A stretch of DNA of 60,382 nt, the filler included, from Trichosphaerium sp. ATCC 40318 (Eukaryota > Protista > Tubulinea): NCBI GenBank assembly GCA_038496445.1. It is 3 parts of 3 records of this genome, joined end to end, with 100 filler letters (N's around TTAATTAATTAA, not from the genome) between each part and the next. Parts side by side here need not be neighbours in the genome. Positions count along the whole stretch, not along the records: positions 33,755 to 60,382 come from JALMLS010000066.1; 2 more parts are not named here. One strand, written 5' to 3'. A program made the position numbers and the translations under genes. Each line of letters starts with the position of its first letter. The first letter of the stretch is position 1. A model generated the notes under the pieces. The model had not been told where the DNA came from, did not search any database, and saw nothing but the letters and a program-made list of their open reading frames with translations. This document shows positions 53,823-60,382 of this stretch, piece by piece.

Positions 53823-56381
53823 TTATAAGGCTGAGTTATTTACTTGGTTCATGGCAAGCTGTTCTTTTGGTTTTCTGAGAGACCAAGGTACAATTACCTT
53901 TCTTAGAGGTCGAAAGACAAACACAGCTACGATTATCACTGCCAAAATCTTTTACAATGACAAGTAAGTAGAAATGTTTCCAACGAGTTACAAAGACAAC
54001 TTACCAATAAGAATCCAAATGTTACTCCAAGTGATATTGCTATTGTGGTGCTATCACTGGAGCATTCTCCTGCTATGATAAGCAATACAAGCCCAGTTGA
54101 CAAAAGTTGTTGTTCATGATCAACACAATCACGAGTGATTACTTGAACAGTCCCATTTATACAAGGTGATGAAATAGCATTGATCTCTTTATCAGATGAT
54201 GTGTCCACTCCTGATACATCAATCACAAATGAACTATTTGGTAGTATCACTAAGCATCCTAAATACATTGATTACATTGTAATAGATTACAATACTTTAC
54301 AATAATATACCTTTTACAGTAAGAATGGGAGTTGTTTCATCATCGAATACTAGAATCACTTCACCTTTGTTTGTGAAATCGCCTTCGATCACAGTAGGCG
54401 CACTTACAGTCACAATGGTATCAGGAGTGATAATAATATCTGAATCAACCACACAAGTTGTCATTGAGTCACATTTAAGACAAGAGCTATTCACACAAAC
54501 AAATGTTGTGTTTGAAGACATGGGCGTAAGCATGGAAGGAGCAATATGAAATGACGGAAAAGAGCTTGGCGCTGACGGATACATAGATGGAGATACAGGC
54601 GTAAGGGTAGAAGGAGCACTATGAACCGACGGAATAGATGTTGGCACTGATGGAAACATTGTTGGTGGCGAAGTGCTAATCGTGGCTTTGATAATAATTA
54701 ATACTGAACTGCCTGAAAGTTACGTACAACAATTAAATAAATAATCACGTGATTGAATAAAGGCAGTGTATTGGTTTGTTTCTGATGATAGCAATACCTT
54801 TGATTTTGAAAGTTAATAACAATGGAAGAAAAAGTAAACGACGTACAACAAGAAGGCAGTATTGTTTGTCAAGGATGCCTTGGATTACTGTTAGATTACC
54901 ATTTTGAGTTGTTATTTCCTTCTGTAATGTGTTATTCTACATAACATGTTAACTCCAAAAGTTTACGTATTAGCAATACCATTTGTGGACTTGAGGAAAA
55001 TGATACTGTACTTGTACTTCCGTTGAAGTGAATATAGATGAAAGGAGATACTTGTGATATATCTTGAGTGTTTACAGCTGTTGCAGGTGCTTCATCAACA
55101 GGTGCACAATATTCGACCTCGTCTACGGGTGCAATTGCCAATATTTCTGTCAGTCCTATTCCAAACGTTGCAAGTTTGAATTGTGTTGTAACAGAAATTC
55201 CTGTTTCTAGGAGTATTTGCAAAACAGCAGAAGCATCTGAATTAAACTCAACGATTTTAATGGATGCTATTCCTGTTTTGAACATATCGAAAATAGTTGC
55301 GTCCCCCTCCCTAAGCTGAACTCATTAGTACTATTTTGTCAAATATAAGAACGTACAACGCTTTGCCCAGATGTATTAAAGATTTGAAGTGTCACATTAT
55401 TTTCATAAGCGCGCATCTGATATAGATATAAGTAAGTTTGTATTAGTTTGACGATTGAGAATGTCGAATCTAATGCTGTATTATTTCCATCTACATTAAG
55501 TAAGTGGATTGAACACTTGACAAGATAGTGTGCCGCGAATGAGTGTTGGTTCTTTGTATTGATGAATCTCAAACATCTTTTCTGTACTCTCCTCTGTGTT
55601 AATAAAATGAACAAAATATCGACCTAAACCTTGTCATCTTCAACATCTATTGTTTAGATTTGCACCTGTATTCGACACGAATGTGTATGATGTTGCAAAA
55701 TCTGCTTGACCTTCAAATGAAACGGTAGAATTTATCAAAATCGACTAAAATAAAAACCCTGTCAACAAGTGACGCGAAGAAAGGAATTTCTTGGAACCTT
55801 CGCTGGCACATCTAGGCTCAAGAACATTGCCCCAAAGCTAGTTTCGTTTCTATGCATCACAACAAAGCTTGGATAATCGTTTAGGTCGACAGCATTGGTT
55901 AACTTGGGTTCTCTAACGCCTGGAATGAAGAAAGGCGTGAACGTTTGGTTGCCAGCAAGCCAATCTATTGCCGATAGATAAGTAAAAATAAAACATACTC
56001 TTTGCGTACCATCAATGGTAGTCACTGATATAGTTATACCGGGAATAGCAAACACTACAAAGCAGGTAAAAAGAGTGTAATATTTAGAGTGTAATTTTTA
56101 TTTCAGGTGCACCTGCGTTCGCTGCGAAGATATAGTATGTGGTGTCACGTGTTTCTAAACAGCCCATATTCGATACACCGATTGACGATATTCCAGGACC
56201 TTGTAATATCTGACGCGACTCAAAAAACTCATCTAACGGCGGTGTTGACGCGAACGCTGCTACAAAATAAAATAAATCAGTATCTATGTCTAACTATATT
56301 AGTTTCATTACCAGGTATTGATAATACGATTGAGTACATCATAATACACACAACATAACTAAACATCTGTTTGTTCTTCAT
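53823..56381 (-). CDS. Tandem-array type-I membrane protein, copy F, with an expanded Pro/Ser/Thr stalk
   Basis: PSVPTSIPSVHSAPSTLTPVSPSMYPSAPSS stalk; 54130-54385 is nearly identical to 51340-51600 of copy E. Confidence 0.75.
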
Positions 56382-56554
56382 ATATTTCTATGTGTTGAGA
56401 TTGTTCACGTGTTGATATGACTATTTGGTCAAGACTGTTAGCGCGTACACACCAACATTTAAAGCAACGATCCTATCAAGCTCTTACTACTTTCTAACCA
56501 TATTTCAGGCTAGTCGGTTGTAGACAGTTGAATGAAATTGCCCTAGCAAGTATA

Positions 56555-57115
56555 TTGATCACTGTAGGCACTTACAGTCACATTGGTATCAGGAGTGATG
56601 ATAATATCTGATTCAATGACACATGTTATCGTTAGAGCCTAAATCATAGTTTTGTCGTACCTAATCTTGAGAGGAATGTGTATGATTTCACAGTGCCATA
56701 GTCTACATTTGGAACCACAACTGTTGAATTGACTGAAATGTTCCAAGAAGCATGTGAGCGCGGATTATAGAAAGATTGATATGGCACCTGCGCTGCTAGA
56801 TTTATGTTAAAGAATGTAACAGCAAAGTCCATTTCGGTTTTGTGAAGCATAGCAAACGTTAGAGAATCGCTCGTATCAGTTTAAACAGTGAGATCAATAC
56901 TTGGAATGAACAAAGGTGCAAACGTGTGATTATCAGCGAGGCAATCTGTGGTAAGCGAAGTGAATAGTAATACAATAAGGTTTAATTACCTTCAATGTTT
57001 GTCACTCGGAGTAATATACCTTCCTCTGGTACTCTATATGTTATTAGCAACACATCTCGATGTAAGAGATACCGCTTTTCATTAATGTTGTTCAAGGTAT
57101 ATGATTGGTTCATGT
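56555..57115 (-). pseudogene. Deleted remnant of a further array copy (G)
   Basis: Juxtaposed pieces of N-terminal exons and of the DSDIIITPDT exon. Confidence 0.6.
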
Positions 57116-57751
57116 TTCATTGTAGTTGGCGTACAACTTCAGTGTGCTTTTGCAGTAGCGTGGATATTCGGTTCTGAATGTTTTGTATCTGGTGCTACTG
57201 TTTCGTTTCTTGCTACTCTAAGCACGTGGCAAAATAAATACTCAGGTTGAAATTTTATGAGTCAGCAAAGCTTTGCAGTTGTTCACATTTTTGATTGTTT
57301 CTTTTCTGTATTTTTTACGTTAATAAAAACATCTCTTTTCTCCACTTTCACTTGCTGTCAAAGACCAAGCGCCAATGGAAGGCGTAATAATTTCATTCAA
57401 GTGTAATGAAAAAAACAATCACAAATTAACGTAAACAATATTGTTCTTCGTGAAGACCTAAAATGTTAGGTATCCAGTGCATTAAATCAAGCACAGAATC
57501 ACGTTTAGTCAAGAACTCAACAATTACAGTATGACCTTGATTGACTGAACGCACAACTTATCGTAAAACGCACATGGTGCTCAACTAAGATTATCCGAAA
57601 CGACTTAGCAAGGGTCAACAATAAGCTGTACACGTGATTGTGTTATTTAGGTTATATTCAAAGAATTTATATTAACGCTCTTTAACAGCATGTCATTACT
57701 ACGCTGCTAATAATCAATGAATGATAAAGGGCTATTTGAATATAAAACCAA

Positions 57752-58669
57752 ATGGAATTAACACACAAGGTAGTTACGTCTATCACACTAGTGACATATC
57801 AGAGTTATACCAAAAAAGTGGATCATTGTGGTATATCGTACCTCCCAGTTGAGCTGCAACTTGATATTTTAGATTTAGACTTTGAAGTTTATGTCAAGTG
57901 GCCGCTTTTATCAAGGTACACAGCATTGACAAGGTTTGACAGCGCCCTGGAAAAACATGGAAAGTGGGTACAATATCACTATAATTATAGCTGTCAACTG
58001 AAAGTACGAGAGTATTTCAGGCACGGTCTGCGTCATGGAACACGCACAGAGTGGGGAATAAACGGTGATTTAGATAGCGAGCACCAATACATAAATGGTA
58101 AATTGGAAGGAGTGCGCACGTGGTTTGGCTTAGGCCTATCGAAGAAGCGGTGCTACTACTCTAATGATAAGCAAGAAGGAGAGTATAGTAGGTGGAGTTT
58201 TGTTGGCCAATTGCAAGAGCAGTACCATTTTGTCAATGATAAGCTAGAAGGCGAGTACAAGTGTTGGTATTCAAATGGGCAGCGTAAGAAACAGTGTTAT
58301 TACATCAATGATAAGTTGTATGGGGAGTTCAAGTATTGGTATTATATTGGCCAATTGAAAGAACAATGTTATTACATCAATGATATTCGGGAAGGAGAAT
58401 ACAAATGTTGGTACCATAGGAAACTGTTTTACTACAACAATGATATGCCTTTCACTACTGATAATTGTCAATTGAAAGAACAATGCTATTACATCAATGG
58501 TAAGCGGCAAGGAGAGTACAAGTATTGGTATGAAAATGGCCAATTGAAAGAACAATGCTATTACATCAATGGCGAGCGGCAGGGAGAGTACAAGTATTGG
58601 AATGACAATGGCCATTTGCAAGAACAATGTTGTTATATCAATGATAAGCGAGAAGGAGAGCACAAGTAG
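57752..58669 (+). CDS. Intronless F-box-like plus MORN-variant (YwqK-type) repeat protein
   Basis: YLPVELQLDIL, then about 9 repeats of ~24 aa: GEYKYWYENGQLKEQCYYINGKRQ. Confidence 0.85.
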   Translation: MELTHKVVTSITLVTYQSYTKKVDHCGISYLPVELQLDILDLDFEVYVKWPLLSRYTALTRFDSALEKHGKWVQYHYNYSCQLKVREYFRHGLRHGTRTEWGINGDLDSEHQYINGKLEGVRTWFGLGLSKKRCYYSNDKQEGEYSRWSFVGQLQEQYHFVNDKLEGEYKCWYSNGQRKKQCYYINDKLYGEFKYWYYIGQLKEQCYYINDIREGEYKCWYHRKLFYYNNDMPFTTDNCQLKEQCYYINGKRQGEYKYWYENGQLKEQCYYINGERQGEYKYWNDNGHLQEQCCYINDKREGEHK

Positions 58670-59389
58670 GGACAACTGTTGTATGTGGTTCACACCTGTC
58701 ATATTAATGCTTTATCATGTGTAAATGTATCTGTAGAACGAATGGCTCTATTCTTCAGTTCTAAGTGTTAAATAAGTAACTTAGCATCTTGTCAGTTTTA
58801 TTAGCGTTAGCTTAACCTTACTTTTCTGCCGCCATAAACCCAGTGCTGTAGAGGAATTTGTATGAGGCTCCACAGAATGGAATGAATGTACTTGTTCTAT
58901 CACATGTCGTTCTGGGAATAGAATGTTAAACTACAGTAAGTGCTCTGTTATAACACTTTAGCAATCGGCAAAGCGATTTACAAAAAATGTGAACACAAAT
59001 TAACTGGATCTGACTGTAGAGGCAAGCGTTGTAATTGGCATATAAAAAGTCCAAATGTTGGCTCTACCTCAAACAATAAGCACCGTGGCTACAGGAGATA
59101 CATCTACCGTACCAATGTTTGGTGTATAACTGTTTTTGCTCTGCTTTCATCGGTATCATCAACTCTTCTATTACTGCACTTTCCAAAGGCATATCTGTGT
59201 GTCACAAAAACAAACGTCGCTTATGGCTTTTCAACAGTGAGGTCGGTGATGAGGGGTTTATAGCTTCCAATTGGTCTTTAAATTGTTGCAGAGGACTATA
59301 AAGTAAATAAGAAAGCGGTAGGTGAAATACAATAGAAGAAAACGCAAAATAAAACAAGAAATGATGTTGCCAACTTGAAAAATACTCTA

Positions 59390-59790
59390 CAACGGCACCA
59401 CAACGAACACGTTCAGTCCCAGAGGATGATCAATGGGCACAACACAGGACAGAGATGATCAGTGTCTTGCTCAGAGTTGTTTGGGCGACGCTCAAAGGGT
59501 AGTTGCAAGAAAGGAGGATAAAAAAAAAAGAGAAATGAAAAATGAATTGAATTATCCAATGCAACGCCACCACAGACGAACACGTTCAGTCCCAGAGGAT
59601 GATCAATGGGCACAACACAGGACAGAGATGATCAATGTCCTGCTCAATGTAGTTGGGTGACATCCAAAAGGCAATTCAAAACAAAACACTCAAGCCATTA
59701 CAAGCAACACAGCGTAGATTCAACCCCAAAGAATAATCAGTGAGGCAACGTGCAACAGAGAGATAATCAATGTCACGCTAACTACAGCTG
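59390..59790. repeat. Dispersed ~100-bp direct repeat (59390-59489, 59562-59661; decayed third copy ~59720-59790)
   Basis: 59-bp identical core ACGAACACGTTCAGTCCCAGAGGATGATCAATGGGCACAACACAGGACAGAGATGATCA. Confidence 0.85.
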
Positions 59791-60382
59791 CAAGCACAGC
59801 AGAAATGTGTAATTGTAATAACGCATGAAACAAAAAAGAAGAAGGAAAATAAACTGTACGTACAACTGAACCTTCGTCTAACTAGGTCTGAACTGATAAA
59901 GGGCCAACCAACCTTCTGTGAGTTAGGCAACAAAGTATTACTGTTTTTGGGGACAGGACATCTCTGGACGTTATGAAGCCCTCTAATCGTACAATGTCCA
60001 TGGGCAACAGCAAAGCATCTTTTTCTGCGATTGAGTTGGCGCTGTTGATTACAGGGTCTTGTGTAGCGATTAAACTCACGCCTGTAAAATCTAAAACAGA
60101 AATAATTTTTAGCCTATTGTGTGTAAATTTGATGAAAAGGCGTTGAAAACGGCCAAGAGCGCTGAAATGAAAAAGTAGAAGAAATGGTGTACAGTTTGTT
60201 TCGAACACAAAATAAAAAACTAACCGTTGGTTTTTTTCGCGCTGTTGCTTTTTTTTAGAGTTGTAGACGCCGTAAAAGCGATAAAAACGGAAAAGAGAAT
60301 TACGTACAGTTTTGTAGTCCCATTTGGCGTTTGCATGCCTAAAAAAGAGTTAAGTGAATAGGAGATGGTCTAACGCGTTGAT

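Noticed and set aside
58271-58702. Hydrophobic 143-aa antisense ORF
   Set aside because: Shadow of the MORN-variant repeats on the opposite strand.
57400-58900. TIR/TSD around the 57752 ORF (also sought around 27874)
   Set aside because: None found by eye.
59390-59661. Possible CRISPR array, snoRNA or U1-like RNA
   Set aside because: Only two long repeats in a eukaryotic context; no convincing C/D boxes, Sm site or U1 5' end.
58900-60382. Short ORFs at the window end
   Set aside because: No recognisable domain or consistent exon chain.

Overview
AT-rich, intron-dense eukaryotic DNA (short GT-AG introns, standard code), probably a protist draft assembly. Two 100-nt N gaps carrying a TTAATTAATTAA linker split it into three contigs (1-15206, 15307-33654, 33755-60382). 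Contig 1 holds a repeat-protein gene, a membrane-protein gene, DDX42, a FUN14 gene, a decayed Crinkler-type nuclease-kinase, a divergent actin, and a 2.2-kb hAT-type element (TIRs plus perfect 8-bp TSD) whose only cargo is an intact intronless F-box/ZZ-finger/MORN gene, not a transposase. Contig 2 is dominated by near-identical fold-back duplications (possibly amplification or assembly chimeras) around a MACPF gene. It also has a MITE, tRNA-Gly(TCC) and a strictosidine-synthase-like gene. Contig 3 is a tandem array of about 7 paralogous single-pass membrane-protein genes. The array is interrupted by a LINE remnant and by an intact Ngaro-type tyrosine-recombinase retrotransposon whose gag, RT/RH and YR lie in one reading frame, with gag ending in a TGA-CAA-TCA leaky-stop context. 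All calls were made by eye, with no database searches. Multi-exon gene boundaries are approximate.
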